From Chiloscyllium plagiosum (taxonomy: Eukaryota): DNA of 64,000 nucleotides. Under the pieces are notes generated by a model. The model had not been told where the DNA came from. It saw nothing but the letters and a program-made list of their open reading frames with translations, and did no database searches. This document shows, in pieces, positions 1 to 13,900 of this stretch (positions are counted from its first letter, which is position 1; every line of letters starts with the position of its first letter). Position numbers and translations under genes: made by a program. Location: assembly GCF_004010195.1 (NCBI RefSeq), contig NC_057727.1:37134784-37198783 (forward strand), in the 5' to 3' direction.

Positions 1-354
1 CCCATGACTACGATCCTGTGGCTTCTGCACCTTTCCAAAGTCTGTTTCCCAATCTGTTTCTCCGCATCTCTGCTGCTATTGGGGGGCCTCTAGTAAACAC
101 CCAACAAGGTGACTGCACCTTTCCTATTTCTGACTTCAGCTCATATTACCTCTAAAGGCAGATCCCCCTCGAACTGCCTTTCTGCAGCCGTTATACCATT
201 TCTAATTAGCAACGCCACCCCCACTCCTTTTTTACCACCCCGCCAATCTTACTGAAACATCTGTAACCAGGAACCTCCAACAACCATTCCTGTCCCTCTT
301 CTATCCACGTTTCCGTGATGGCCACAACATCGTAGTCCCAAGTACCAATCCAAG
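1..354 (-). mobile_element. CR1 LINE ORF2 fragment (AP-endonuclease region)
   Basis: WIGTWDYDVVAITETW...PGYRCF motif in ORF 206-544. Confidence 0.85.
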
Positions 355-577
355 AAAGAGTTGTGGGAACCAATTCAATACTGACTCTCAGAAGGAATTG
401 AATAATTAAGGGGAAAAATGTACTGCTCTGGGGAAAAAGCAAGGGGGTGCAATTAGTTGGATTGCTTTTCCAAGGAGTTAACACAAAAAGATAGGTCAAA
501 TTGTCTCCTACAACTGTGTGGACTGACTGAACAAATTTATTCATTTCTCTCTTCTAATCAGCCAGCCAGATCATTTA

Positions 578-940
578 CATAGAGTCATAGAGATGTACAG
601 CATGGAAACAGACCCTTCGGTCCAACTCGTCCATGCCGACCAGATATCCCAACCCAATCTAGTCCCACCTGCCAGCACCCGGCCCATATCTCTCCAAACC
701 CTTCCTATTCATATACCCATCCAAATGCCTTTTAAATGTTGCAACCACTTCCTCTGGCAGCTCATTCCATACACGTATCACCCTTGGTGTGAAAAAATTG
801 CCCCGTAGGTCTCTTTTATATCTTACCCCTCTCACCCTAAACCTATGCCCTCTCGTTCTGGACTTCCCCACCCCAGGGAAAAGACATTGCCTATTTACCC
901 ATTGCCTATTTATCCTACCATGCCCCTCATAATTTTCATA
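578..940 (-). mobile_element. CR1 LINE 3' end
   Basis: RTRGHRFRV...FFTPRVIRVWNELP...FKRHLD C-terminal motif and ctctatgactctatg tail. Confidence 0.9.
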
Positions 941-1164
941 ACCAATACATTATGATCCAGCAAATCAACTGTGACTGAATGTACATAGTTTTTTTTAATC
1001 AATGTACAATTTATACTCAAGGTGAACTGTCAGGAGGAGACCGGATTCAGCACCAGCAGGTGAAACCCATTAACTACTATTAATGATACCAACATGGAAA
1101 TCACGGACTTGTAGGATAGTAATGTTGGTGGAGAGAACAATGATCCTGGTTTATGAAATAACAC

Positions 1165-1395
1165 CTGCGTTAGCTCAGTTGGCTGGATGAATGGTGAGCA
1201 ATGCCAAGAGTGTGGGTTCTGTTCCTACACTGGCTGAGGCAATAATGAAGGACTCTCCTTCTCAACCACTCCCCTCACCTGAGGCATTGGTGACCCTCAG
1301 GCAAAACCACCACCAATTGTCCCTCTGTCTCTCTCTCTCAAGAGGGAGACAGAGAGAAATACCCTACAGTCAGGTACGATTATGGTGACTTTACA
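1165..1395 (+). mobile_element. tRNA-derived SINE (family distinct from the V-SINE copies)
   Basis: A-box-like gttagctcagttgg and B-box-like gtgggttc followed by a SINE-like body; boundaries approximate. Confidence 0.55.
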
Positions 1396-3737
1396 TTTTA
1401 TGACCTCGGTGTCCTCTTCAGAAGTGGATTAGAACAGTTGGGATGCCTGGGCTGAGAAACAGGAGTTTTGCCAGGCATGTGGTTGTGACAGTAAGTGTCA
1501 TATTATTTGTAATAAGTCTAACCTAACCACTGCAGCCAAGCTAAGCTTTGTATGGTGTGACACACCATAAACTCATGTCAAACAAAATTGACCAACCTTC
1601 ACTACAGCATTTCTTTTCCTTTCTCTTCACAGGAGAAACTAGCTCAAAGTCAGCGGGAATCTCAAAGGTGATGATCATTTCCTTCCTACTGACAACAGAT
1701 TTCTAAACATTAGTGAGGATATAACTGGAAAGATTTCATGACACCAGTTTTTTTGGGACAGAAGTGGCGCCTGGAGGCCTTTTCTGGCATTTGTGGCATG
1801 TTGAGTCACTTTGTTTGGGAGAGCAAGAAATATGATTGGGTATCTTAATTAGCTCCAGTGGTACTGTTCACCAAATACCAGAACTTTTCCTCATTTTCTT
1901 TTCATTGAGAAAAGCATGTTGTCAATAAGGAGAAAGAAATGGAAAGACTCAGCAGTGTTCCATCTTTGTGCTCACTAACCCGGTTAAAAAAATCATGTGC
2001 CATTTATCAGCATCCAATTCTACCAGAATTGACAACAGTGTTTAGAACTGTTGGTACTCTGACAAATCTAATATACATTAGAACAGTAACACATTTTGCC
2101 CCAAAATGGCTGCTTAATTTCAGAACTACTTTGCGAGTGAAATATGCTTACACCTTATGCTCATATTGTGGGATTTTCTATTTCCAGTGAAAAGCCCCAA
2201 ATTGAGGAGGTGGATGAAACCTGTTATTTGGCACAGCAACTCCAAGTCAACATCATTTACAACATTTGTAGCATACAAAAGCTCAGGCACAGGCATTCAA
2301 GAGGGCCTTAGTTACTTGGCAGAGGGAAGATGGGGTGAATCACAGATCCTGGCAGAGGAACAGAGAGAGGCTGAAGGTGGCTGCATGTTGCTGAGTAGAC
2401 TATTTACACAGTCTTAGTACAGGGCCCAACAACACAAAGGTTTAAAAGGATAGAAGTACAATTGCTTTGCACATATGGAGAGGTGAAAGCCCCTTTGAGT
2501 AGAGTATGAAATGTCACACAGATTTTATTGGTCATGCTTGGATGGAGTAACTCTTAATCTCCAGCATCCAATCTGGCAAATGGCAGATTTTGTTACTATA
2601 CTTGACTCCATGAGAAATCCATCCATTGTAAGGATTGCTTAGAAAAAATGAGCACTTGAGTGCTACATTTTCTGATGTATGAAGACATACCATTTGGGTG
2701 TTTAGATCTATATTGACAATAAAACTGCATGAATGAAAACATATGCTATCCAAAGGTATTTTGTACTCAAGAAAATACACACAATTGTGTCTGCTTCCTC
2801 AGTTGGAACCTAATGCCAATTTTCAACTTAAAATATGGTGAATGAGTGTTCACATCAATCCGGGGGTGGGAAACCATTGCTCGAATTTACAGATTCTGAC
2901 CCTACAGGTCACTGGTGAAACAACCCCATTTTCAAACGCATAAATAGGTCTCATTGGGCCAGGTGCAGTGTGTGCTCAACTTATGATGTTGAGGGTGGCT
3001 TACAGGGACCTCCTTGACCCGGAGTGCTCCCTCAAAAGACAAACACCCATGATTGGGCTTGTTATTCCCTGATGGATTGGAAAGGGTCCAGTGCTATCAT
3101 GGGAAGCATTGACAGGCATCACCAAGGTTGCTGTACACCTCCCTTAAACGTTAACCAATACAGAGGCAGATAGGAGCCAGCTTCTTACAGACAAACTGTG
3201 GCCAGAGACACATGAAGAGAACCTGAATAAAGATGGCAATAGATGTCATTAAACAGAAGCATGTGAGTTAGGTGTAGAAATGGACTCAGCAAAAGGAGAG
3301 TAGCAAGCAACACCCGGATGACAGGTTTCTAACTGTATAAACATGTGTGCATGATCTGAGCAAACTAAATTTTAGTAGTTATCCTTAATTTTATCAGATC
3401 AAATGGTCAGTTGCATTGAGAATTCAGAAATCCTGATGTTTGTATGCAACACTGAGGAAAGCAACAGCCCATGTGAATGTCATTCTGGGATAGATAAGGG
3501 ACAGCAGCCTAAATCTTTCATTACTCATCCTAAAGAAGAGTGCACAAGACCAGTGGAATGTTCTCAGTGAGAGGTGGTGAGCGGTGGTGAGCCAGAGACC
3601 TGCACTCTGACAACAATAGAGGAGATAGAGCTGGAAATCATGAGGATTCCATTTCAACATGATAGCGAGAAATGAGACCATAAGGAGCAGGGTCATTTCA
3701 CAACATGATCTTTATTCCTGTCACTGTGTATATTGTT

Positions 3738-3992
3738 AAAAAGTATACAACACCAGGCTATAGTCCAGCAGATTTATGTGGAAGTACTAGCTTTCGAAGC
3801 GATGCTCCTTCATCAGGTGGTTGTGGAGCTGGATCATAAGACACATAATTTATAGCAAGGAATCACAGTGTCATGAAGGAACAGCACTTCGAAAGCTAGT
3901 GCTTCCAAATAAACCTGTTGGACTTAACCTGGTGTTGTGTGATTTTTCTACTTTATCCACCCCAGTCCAACACCAACACCTCCATATCACAT
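3738..3992. mobile_element. Penelope-like element terminal fragments in inverted arrangement, with hammerhead motif
   Basis: 3745-3815 is the approximate reverse complement of 3872-3940; CUGAUGA..GAAAGCUA core on the minus strand. Confidence 0.7.
3785..3819 (-). ncRNA. Minimal type I hammerhead ribozyme motif (core intact, weak stem I)
   Basis: CAC-CUGAUGA-A-GGAGC(AUC)GCUUC-GAAA-GC-UA-GUA. Confidence 0.65.
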
Positions 3993-5343
3993 GAATATTT
4001 TAGCGTTGTAAACTGTGGCTATACAACTATTGTCAGCTATTGGCATCAACCATCTGAGGCACCTGTTAAATCACTTGAGTCTTCATTCCCACTTCTAGTG
4101 TTTCTCAAAGGGCTTGCCAAAGAGGGGGAGCAGAATGTTCAACCTTGTCATCACCAATCTCCTCGATAGCCTGCAACATTGCTGGCACACTACCTTCACA
4201 TTATTCCTCTGTTACTTTTACCAGCACAGTCACACATTCACCTGACTTGTGCCTGAATCAAGAATAGAATGGGGAGGACTGGCTCAACAACACATCACAA
4301 GTGAGCAGAAGGAGGAGCTGAGGCACAGTCCCTTTGAGGACAAATACATCAAAACTTCACTGGACAGAAATGCTGGACCTCAGATGCGATAATGAAAGAG
4401 GGCCTTTCAGGAGCATCAGAGGATGATGAGATCCTGAATGTCAGAGATCCCTGAGGTGTTGTGGAACCATGAGAAAACAATGAGGAGCCCCATGCAGTGT
4501 ATGTACTCAGGGATAGTCCAAGGTTTTGAGCATGAGCTCCTTCATTGTGCAGCCAGTATTACAAAGAATGCAATCCTTGGTGATAAACCGAATGAGGTGG
4601 TTCAAGTGCATGAAGGTAACAAGATTACAACTATTGCATTAACTGCAGATATCCAGAAGAACAGAATTAACACTTAAAATTCCAAGCTTTTTGTCACTAC
4701 TGGAGAAAGTTCAGGATTATCCAGCCATTATATTCAGCCCTTAGATTGGCACATGCACTGCAAGCACTGATTCTCTGCAACAACCTGAGGTCTTCATGTT
4801 ACAATGCTGGAAGTGAATACAGAACCGGATTTTCTGGGTTATGTTTGCTCTTCAAAGTACTGAGCAAAGATATACATGAAACTCATGTCATAGTGTTCGG
4901 AATGGTTTTCTTTTATAAAATTAGTTGAGCTCAATCAAATTATGCTCACCAACTCTTCGGCTCCCTCTGCTGCTATAACATCTGTTTCGAATGTGAGTAC
5001 TTAATATACTGTGTGAATGAAGCTGATGCTGAGCAAATGTGTAAGTTTCCCTTTAATTGCTGCTTAACAAGCTAATGCTCAGTCTATGCAAAAAAACGTG
5101 CACCGCATCTACTTATTTCCAAGACCAAGTTGTGGGGCTAGTTTTAACAAAGCCCACTGTGGCAGAAACCATGACAATTGGGAATACAGAATTGTGGGTT
5201 GGGGCCATGTCAGTCTCTCTCTGGTGGCAAAACCCCCCTGGTTCAAATGGGAGGGTGGAAGGGGCAGACACAGGATTCCTAGCCACTGCCTGTAGCTATC
5301 AATTAAGCTCATTAATGATTTAATTGACACCCATTATCACTGC

Positions 5344-5429
5344 TGAAAATGTGTTGCTGGAAAAGCACAGCAGGTCAGGCAGCATCCAAGGAACAGGAGA
5401 ATCGACGTTTCGGGCATGACCCCTTTTTT
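5344..5429 (-). mobile_element. Short Penelope-like terminal fragment with 15-bp target-site duplication
   Basis: acccattatcactgc at 5329-5343 and 5430-5444; same family as 40189-40336. Confidence 0.75.
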
Positions 5430-5960
5430 ACCCATTATCACTGCGCCTACTGCATTTTAATGGTAGTTCAGAGATTAAGTGGAGGCTGCATAGTTTACCC
5501 ATATCCTCGGAACCCTGCCCAGAGGACCGTGCCTGGCTTACTAGTGATCTCCTGAAGGTCATCCCTTGCTATAGTGCAATTCCTGCCTGACGAAGGGAGA
5601 CAACATCAGCTATGGGAATGAAAGCCAACATCTTCCCTTGCTTCTAACTGACCCTGCCTGGTCTTCTTTCTCATGTGTCCTCCGCCCCATCCACCTTCAC
5701 TCACCTTTGGTCTGGGGTTTCAGTATGGATGCAATGATGCCACTTGCTCCTGCTGGCAGTGTGAGGAGATGCAGCCTGTGATTGTCCAGTAGCTCTTGGT
5801 GGGCAGGACATATGCTTTTGGGGACATTAATGCAGGAAAAGCCTAATGGTTTCCACTCAGTTCATCAGGCCTTCCTAATGGAAACTCCCAGGGTCTTTCC
5901 GGGCAATTATCTGACCAGTCGGTAAGAGACCCATCAGCCTATCAGCCTAACCGTGGAGTG

Positions 5961-6274
5961 TGGGCGGCACGGTGGCACAGTGGTTAGCACTGTTGCTTCA
6001 CAGTGCCAGAGACCCGGGTTCAATTCCCAACTCAGGCGACTGACTGTGTGGAGTTTGTACGTTCTCCCCGTGTCTGCGTGGGTTTCCTCCGGATGCTCTG
6101 GTTTCCTCCCACAGTCCAAAGATGTGCAGGTCAGGTGAATTGGCCATGCTAAATTGCCCGTAGTGTTAGGTAAAAGGGATAAATGTAGGGGAATGGGTGG
6201 GTTGCGCTTCGGCGGGTCGGTGTGGACTTGTTGGGCCGAAGGGCCTGTTTCCACACTGTAAGTAATCTAATCTA
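5961..6274 (+). mobile_element. Full-length V-SINE (HE1-like tRNA-derived SINE)
   Basis: tRNA head (ggtggcacagtggttagc...gggttcaattcc), V-domain (ctgtgtggagtttgtacgttctccccgtgtctgcgtgggtttcctcc), CR1-like tail ending aatctaatcta. Confidence 0.9.
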
Positions 6275-6894
6275 TTTCAGGCTCTGCAAATTAAATTGGA
6301 GATGTTTCTTGTAAAATATCTGATTTACCATGTTCATGTTAGAAATCCATTTTGAAAATCTTGCTACACTAGGTGATCAGTCAATGTGATGAATAAGATT
6401 GATAAATGAGAGTTCAGAGAAAATCTCCTAATGTGCACTTGCTCTAACAACATTCACAGAACTGCATCCTAGTTTGTCAGTTCTTGAGGGAGAGGAGGTT
6501 AAGAAAATGGAAACTGAAATAAAATTCTTGCCTTATTTGAAAAGTTCTTCCTTTTTATATAGTGTACAAAGGCTACAGTCAGGGATGGACTGAAAACAAT
6601 AATAAAATTTGAAATTTCTTTAAATATACATTTGAAATATTAGTGTCAATCCATTATAATAAATAACTGCAATTATTAATGACCCTTTAGGAGATAAATG
6701 CTTATTTTTTCATGCTTACATTGTTAAAGCTATTCTGGGTGTAATTAATTAATTTTATGGAGACATTGACACCAGTTTAAAGATGATGTAAGTAAATCCA
6801 TAGAACTTTGATAACAGAATAGTTAATAATAGGAAAACACAAATAAATCCACTCCTGCTGTTCAAGTGTTCTTGACTGGCTTTGGCAGTCTGTG

Positions 6895-8180
6895 AAGAAC
6901 ATAAGAAAATAAAACCATAAGAACTAAGAGCAGGAGTAGATAATACAGCCTCTCATTTAATACAATCATGGATGATCTCATCTTGGCCTCAACTCTAATT
7001 TCCTGCCACTCCCCATAACAGTTTACTGATTCAAAAATATCTCCATCTCCTCCTTAAATTTATTCCACCATACTTCGGGATAGTGAATTCTATAAATTCA
7101 TGACCCTTTGAGAGAAGTCGATCCACCTCTCCTGTTTTAAATCTGCCACCCCTTATCCTAAAACATCTCATTTTAGACTGCCCCACAAGAGGAAACACTC
7201 ACTCTTCATCAACTTTGTCAAATTTCTTTCGCAACTTATATACTTCAATTTGATCTCCTCTCAATCTTCTAAACTATCACCATTATAGAACATAGAACAT
7301 TACAGTGCAGTACAGGCCCTTTGGTCCTCAATATTGTGCCGACCTTGGAAACAATCTGAAGCCCATCTAACCTATGCTATTCCATTCACGTCCATATGCC
7401 TATCCAATGATCATTTAAATGCCCTTAAAGTTGGCGAGTCTACTACGTTGCAGGCAGTGCGTTCCAAGCCCCTACTACTCTCAGAGTAAAGAAACTACCT
7501 CTGACATCTGTCCGATATCTCAATTTAAAGCTATGTCCCCTCATGGTAGCCATCACCATCCGAGTAAAAATGCTCTCACTGTCCAACCTATCTAACCCTC
7601 TGATTATTTTATATGTCTCAATTAAGTCACCTCTCAACCTTCTTCTAACGAAAACAGCCTCAAGTCCCTCAGCCTTTCCTCGTAAGACCTTCCCTCCATA
7701 CCAGACGACATCCTTGTAAATCTCCTCTGAACCCTTTCCAAAACTTCCACACCCTTCCTATAATGCGGTGACCAGAATTGTATGTAATATTCCAAATGTG
7801 GCCGCACCAAAGTTGTGTACAGCTGCAACATGATCTCATGGTTCTGAAACTCAATCTCTCTGTCAGTAATAGCTAACATACCATATACCTTCTTAACAAC
7901 CTTATCAATGTGGGTGGCAACTTTCAAGGATCTATGCACCTGGACACAGATCTCTCTACACTACCAAGAATCTTACCATTTGCCCAGTACTCTGCATTCC
8001 TGTTACTCCTTCCAAAGTGAATCCCCTCACACTTTTCCTCATTAAACTCCATTTGCCACCTCTTGGCCAGCTCTGCAGCTTATCTATGTCCCTCTGTAAC
8101 CTACAACATTCTTCGTCACTATCCACAACTCCACCAACCTTAGTATCATCCACAAATTTACTAACCCATCCTTCTATACC
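6895..8180 (-). mobile_element. Two adjacent CR1 LINE 3' fragments (older 6895-7280; younger 7285-8180)
   Basis: DDTKVGG, LYTTLVRPHLEY, LERVQRRFTRM, RGDLIETYKI motifs; agaacatagaacat tail. Confidence 0.9.
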
Positions 8181-8942
8181 CTTATAGGCCCAAACTGTTC
8201 AAATTCTATTCATAAGACAAAACATTCGGGCAGAGAATGATAGTTAGTATTTCCTATAAGATCAGAGTTCAAGCGAGAAAGATAGTCACTTTGAAGCTGC
8301 AGGTTCTGGTATTTGTAAGCAGTACTGAAATAGGGACAGCATTTTCTAGTGCATAGGAAGTATTTTGATGAGTAGAAAAGGTGTAATGAAATCAATGACA
8401 TCAAGCAAGAAGCAACAAAGACATGAACAAAACCTAGTGATTTTCCAGCAGATCAAGATTAACATAATTTCAGCTTCAAAAGAATGACTAATAAATAATG
8501 TACTGTGGAATTTTAGAAATAACAACAGAGAAATATTGAAAATTTGAGATGTCAAATGCTATTTAATTTGATTCCTCTTGAGGAACAGAGAGTGAAGTGA
8601 ATCCTAATGTAGATTTTTTCTTAGTTGAAAAGCAAAATAACTCATTACCCTCCCATGCAGAGTGATATAAAAATGAGCTTTCTTTGCTAATAGAAATAAA
8701 AGGTGAAGGCATTGAGATTAAATCATGGAGGGTGTACTACTCTGTTCCTTTAATTGTTTGTGCTAAACACAACTTCATCAAACCTGAAAGCAAGGATCAC
8801 CTAAAAATGATGGTGCAGAGCTGAAGTGTACCTTGTGAGAAATATTCAGAAATCACCAAAACAAAACTAAAATAAAATGCACCTATCTGTGCATATTGGC
8901 TTTTTGTACTTTCTAACTCTGCAAAGAGTGCAACTGCTTTTA

Positions 8943-9312
8943 CAGGCTTTTCTCAGGTTATGAAGCCTGTACTTACAAACCGAAATCCATAATGCTTATT
9001 ATTTAAGAAAAGAAATCGAGTTACATACAATGGTTCGTACTAACGAATAGGCAGACTACTTTGTTTCTTTAATGTATTTTATATCTATACACGCACATTC
9101 TCTCTCTCTCAATTATAAACACTACTGTAGTTAGTTATTATTACTGTATTATATTTAAGAAGATTTAGGTAAAATATATAGTATATACTAAGACAAACAT
9201 TTGACTAATTGACGCTAGATGTGAACCATATGTAACTGTTTCAACTTATGTACAAATTTGACTTAAGAGCAGACTTAAAAACAGAACTAGTTCATAACCT
9301 AGGGACTTCCTG
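8943..9312. mobile_element. Tigger/pogo-like MITE, degenerate
   Basis: TA-cagg...aggttatgaa at left and ttcataacct...cctg-TA at right form imperfect terminal inverted repeats. Confidence 0.55.
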
Positions 9313-10164
9313 TAGTGCTTTTTAAATTGTTGTGCTAGCTGGAAAAAAAAAGCAGAAGGGGTAGATGCTGTAGCCATTGTCCATTTCGAAACTGGTGAAG
9401 ATTAAGCAGCTAAGGTAGCAGGGATAAGTAGGTTTAAGCACTTTAGAGTAAAAGTGACAAAATTAAGGCTTTGGTGTGTAGACAGGTAGGTAACCCTGAA
9501 TAAATCGAGTTTATGAGCTGTGGATCTGAGTTATAATGGAGGAGGGTAGATATGTTGGTTAACTTTTGGTGAGAGAAAAGGTATGAGGATTAAGGTTGAA
9601 GCATGCGTCAGGGAAGTGAGGAGAATAGATGTATAGCCAATTCATTTAGGATGGCCGAATATAGCATGATTAAAATTAGTTAAGATTCAAGAATGGCAGG
9701 GATCAGCACAAAAGGAATCTAAATTTAAGGTAAAATCAGGAGAGATAAAGAAGGCAAGAAATGCAGAAAAGTGGTAAGAAAAACAATAAGTAAGAAACTG
9801 GAAGATGAACAAGGATATGGACATATGGCAATTGAGGTTAGACAAGTGGGAATAAAATGTTATGAGAATAAACTGAAGATAGTAGAAACATCCAGTTCAG
9901 TGATGGGGGTAAGTGAGAAGAGATGAGAGGTGAAACATGGGAGAGGACACACACAACTGAACGCAAAATGTAAAGGGACTAATATGCAAATGTGTAGTGG
10001 CAGCAGGCATCATCCTCTTACCCAGAGAATTAAAGACAAAAGAGGAATGAAGGGGAAGATTACTGGGAAGCAAGAATGATAGAGAGAAATAAACAGACAG
10101 AAAACCAGTAATGTGGGAAACAACAGATTTCAGAGCGGGGGAAACCAGTACTGACGGAAAGTAT

Positions 10165-10280
10165 TAGATGGCTCTTTACACACAGTGATAGTGTCCCTGC
10201 TTCTGAGCCAGCTGCCCTGGTTTCAAGTTCCACCTGCTCCAGAGTTGTGTCATAACGTTTCCGAACAGGTTGACCTTTAA
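10165..10280 (+). mobile_element. Short tRNA-derived SINE fragment (related inverted copy near 60020-60075)
   Basis: B-box-like ggtttcaagttcc followed by gttgtgtcataacgtttccgaacaggtt. Confidence 0.45.
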
Positions 10281-10374
10281 AATAAAATGAAATTAAACCA
10301 CTAGAACACTCCACAAAATTTAAACCGTCTGACAGTGAAAGTCCATTTATGTTCTGTCACTCATACATCATAAG

Positions 10375-10921
10375 GACATCGTAAGCCCTGTACAGGACTT
10401 TGGTTAGGCCACATTTGGAGTACTGTGTGCAGTTCTGGTCGCCTCACTTTAGGAAAGATGTGGAAGCTTTGGAGAGGGTGCAGAGGAGATTTACCAGGAT
10501 GTTGCCTGGAATGGAGAATAGGTCGTACGAGGATAGGTTGAGAGTGCTAGGCCTTTTCACGTTGGAACGGCGAAGGATGAGGGGTGACTTGATAGAGGTT
10601 TATAAGATGATCAGAGGAATAGATAGAGTAGACAGTCAGAAACTTTTTCCCCGGGTGCAACAGAGTGTTACAAGGGGACATAAATTTAAGGTGAAGGGTG
10701 GAAGATATAGGGGAGATGTCAGGGGTGGGTTCTTTACCCAGAGAGTGGTGGGGGCATGGAATGCGCTGCCTGTGGGAGTGGTAGAGTCAGAATCTTTGGT
10801 GACCTTTAAGCGGCAATTGGATAGGTACATGGATGGGTGCTTAAGCTAGGACAAATGTTTGGCACAACATCGTGGGCCGAAGGGCCTGTTCTGTGCTGTA
10901 TTGTTCTATGTTCTATGTTCC
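10375..10921 (+). mobile_element. Young 5'-truncated CR1 LINE with uninterrupted 149-codon ORF2 C-terminus
   Basis: ORF 10400-10849 VRPHLEYCVQFWSP...; gttctatgttctatgttc tail. Confidence 0.93.
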
Positions 10922-13900
10922 ATAACTTTGTTTGGAAAGCAGCAAATCATGGGAAATCTCTGCTGTTTCTTTGCAAAAGTTTCATGGTTTATCTATGATT
11001 AACTAGCACATAATTGGGAAAATGAATTGCTTTATATTTATGTAGCATGCTAAGAATATATACTTTTGCATTTGGAGTTAAAGGGGTTCTGTTGATACTG
11101 TTTTAATGTAGGGAAACAAAAATATTTCATAAAGTTAGCTTTGGAGAATCACAATATCATGTTTCAAAAGTAAATACTATGGGAGACTAATTATAATGTG
11201 AATTTTCATGCTTAACCACAATATATTGACTTTTCATTTCAGATTTCACAAATTATTTGATTTCCATACTGTTCATAATAATTACTTTATTCTAAAGTGG
11301 TATTACTTGCACTTACAGAACTCCTGTCTTCAAAATATCTTTTTGATTTCTAATTATTTTATATAGGGTTATAATAGTTATATTCCATTTTATTTGTTTT
11401 ACAATTTTTGTGATAAGACAAATTTTACATTTTTTGAATGGCAAAACTAAATTCTTCATAAGTATTAATACTTATACTTATATACCATTTTTTAACATTG
11501 AATTACTTTTAGAATGCAATTCTGCGGCAAGGACATCCCACAAATGACTTTTAAAAGAATGACTAGCTAACCTGATTTTTTTTGTGTGTGTGGTAGTGGA
11601 GTGAGAAATCATGAAAAGTTAGTTTTTGGCCAGGGCTTTTATTTGCCAGGGGTGTTGAGGAAGGAAGGAGGTGCATTTTGGTACTTGCACTCACATGATG
11701 GTAGGTCAATATCCCAGCACTTCCCAGGTAAACAGGTACTTTTCATAATGGTTTCGGGAAGTTGGGAATGTGGTTTGTGGAGATGGGAACCCGGTTGCTT
11801 CAAATTAATAGCCTTTGAAGCATCTTGAAGAGCTTGTTCGTGGGCCGAGGAGGGCCAGATGGCAATTTTCAATTTGAAAATCACCAAATTCAAATAGTCT
11901 AGCGCATCTCAGCATAAAGCTGACAGGGTTCAATCAAGTAAGTTAAAATAATGAGGGAAATATTTTGCTGTTTGTTTTTTTTTGTGTGGGATCAGGCACG
12001 GTACCATTTAGTTGGCAATTTGCTCATTTCTTTGGTTGGTGCTCTTATAATCTGCCACTTCTCTTCTACAAGGCAGCTGCAGATCCTGTCAGGGCTGCTG
12101 TCTGCCATTGATGATTGCACTCAGTGGACAGTTTCTGCATCCTGGCAGAGCTCAGTCATGATCCAACAGGGACATGTACTTCTAAGGTTGGGCTGCGTCA
12201 ACATTCTCAACCATTTCTCAGAAACTAAAAATAGTTTTAAAAATAAGTTTCAAAAGGGGCAAGGTTCAGCTCAGCTGTGAAACACACTGTCGCCGAACAG
12301 CCCATTAGCATTCATTGTATAAGCTTATGCATAAACATTGGCTACTTGTCTACGTCATATGGTGTAGTCTTGGAAATGTACTCCAGCAGAAATTAACATC
12401 TTAAGAAAAAACTATTATGGAGGGGTGAAATAAAATCAAAACCATGATAAAGGGCTTCAGATAAAATCATGGATTTTACTCAAAATTGTATTTTATCTTT
12501 GGATTCATATCCACAACACTTCAACTCCTGCCACATTGGCATTAAGCCCAATCACTGATTGATTGAGGGCTTACTGGACCAGGCAAACCTACCATTTCTA
12601 GTATCTCTTAAGGTCAAGACATATGCAGAAACCAAATCAATGATGATCTAATCCTCCAAAGACAGATTAAGTATATAATTGACCGATCTAATCTCTATAT
12701 CATCTCCTGTCAAGTTTTAGAGTCTGTTGGTTTCAAACTGGTTCCTTGCCTGTAAGAAAGCTACCTTACATATCATAGCAGTGTATCTAATGAAAACTAA
12801 AGAGATGGCTTTTGATCTGTAATCAAGGATGCTGCTAGCTTTAAGCAGATGAGCTACAGCTTAGCACAGCTGTTTAGATTCTTATCCCTACACAGGCTGT
12901 TCTTCTATGACTAGACAAAGCAAAAAGAAATTAATTTTTGCGCTACCTCGATAAACTTAAAAGCTTTATTCTTTGACCTGACCCATACAAATTACTGTTG
13001 ATAGTAACTTATCATAATGCATTCTGATATCCTGTTTTGCCTATATTTTGCACAATGAACAATACTCCTAAATAAATAAGAAATCTACAGAAAGCACCAT
13101 CTCCTTAATATACCTTTTAACACTTATGTATGAGTTCCAAAATCAATTCTCTCAAGGTTTGGTAGTGATGAGAATATAATGTGAAAAAAAATAATAAAGA
13201 AGTAAATCTGACTTTCATTGCTGATTTTAGGGTTCATCATCATAATCTATAATCAAGTATAGTTTGATTCAACAAGGTGCAGAGATTTCACACAATTTTA
13301 AATATATTTTATAGTGCTACATTTTTAAATGTGTATGAACATAGATTTGAACAGAACTAGAGTTGACAATTATGGCCCATCTGCCTGTCTCTCTGTGCAG
13401 TTTGCAGTTTTAGATTTTAACAGAAGCTGAATATGACTGATTTCTTTTTTTAGTATTTTCACAGAATTATAATCATTTTAGTTTTGCATAATTACATATA
13501 TATCAGAGGAAGTCACTTCTTTAGAAAAAAATAATTTTAAAAACAAGTTTTTAGAAGCATAGATACTTTTCAATTTATATTTATACCCATACACACTTGA
13601 ACATTTGTTTCCTTTATATTTTCAGAACTATGTTTTCTCTTTGTCTAATCAAGCACACAGATGAACTTCATTTTGAAAGATTTTATTGCTCCAATTTTGG
13701 AGGTGAGATGAAAAACGGGCCAACTTGCATTGCACTGTAAGGGGGCTAGCAGACCTGTGCCAAGTAGCCAGATCATGATGTTAAACTGTCTCTCATACTG
13801 CTTGTTGCATACCTGCTATTTTATTCCTTGCATTTCTGTTACTGCCTCCCTAAAATATTTCCACCTTAATATACACTCAGCTGCATAAGGAACTCTCCAC

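Noticed and set aside
5961..6030. tRNA gene
   Set aside because: The tRNA-like A/B boxes are the head of a multi-copy SINE
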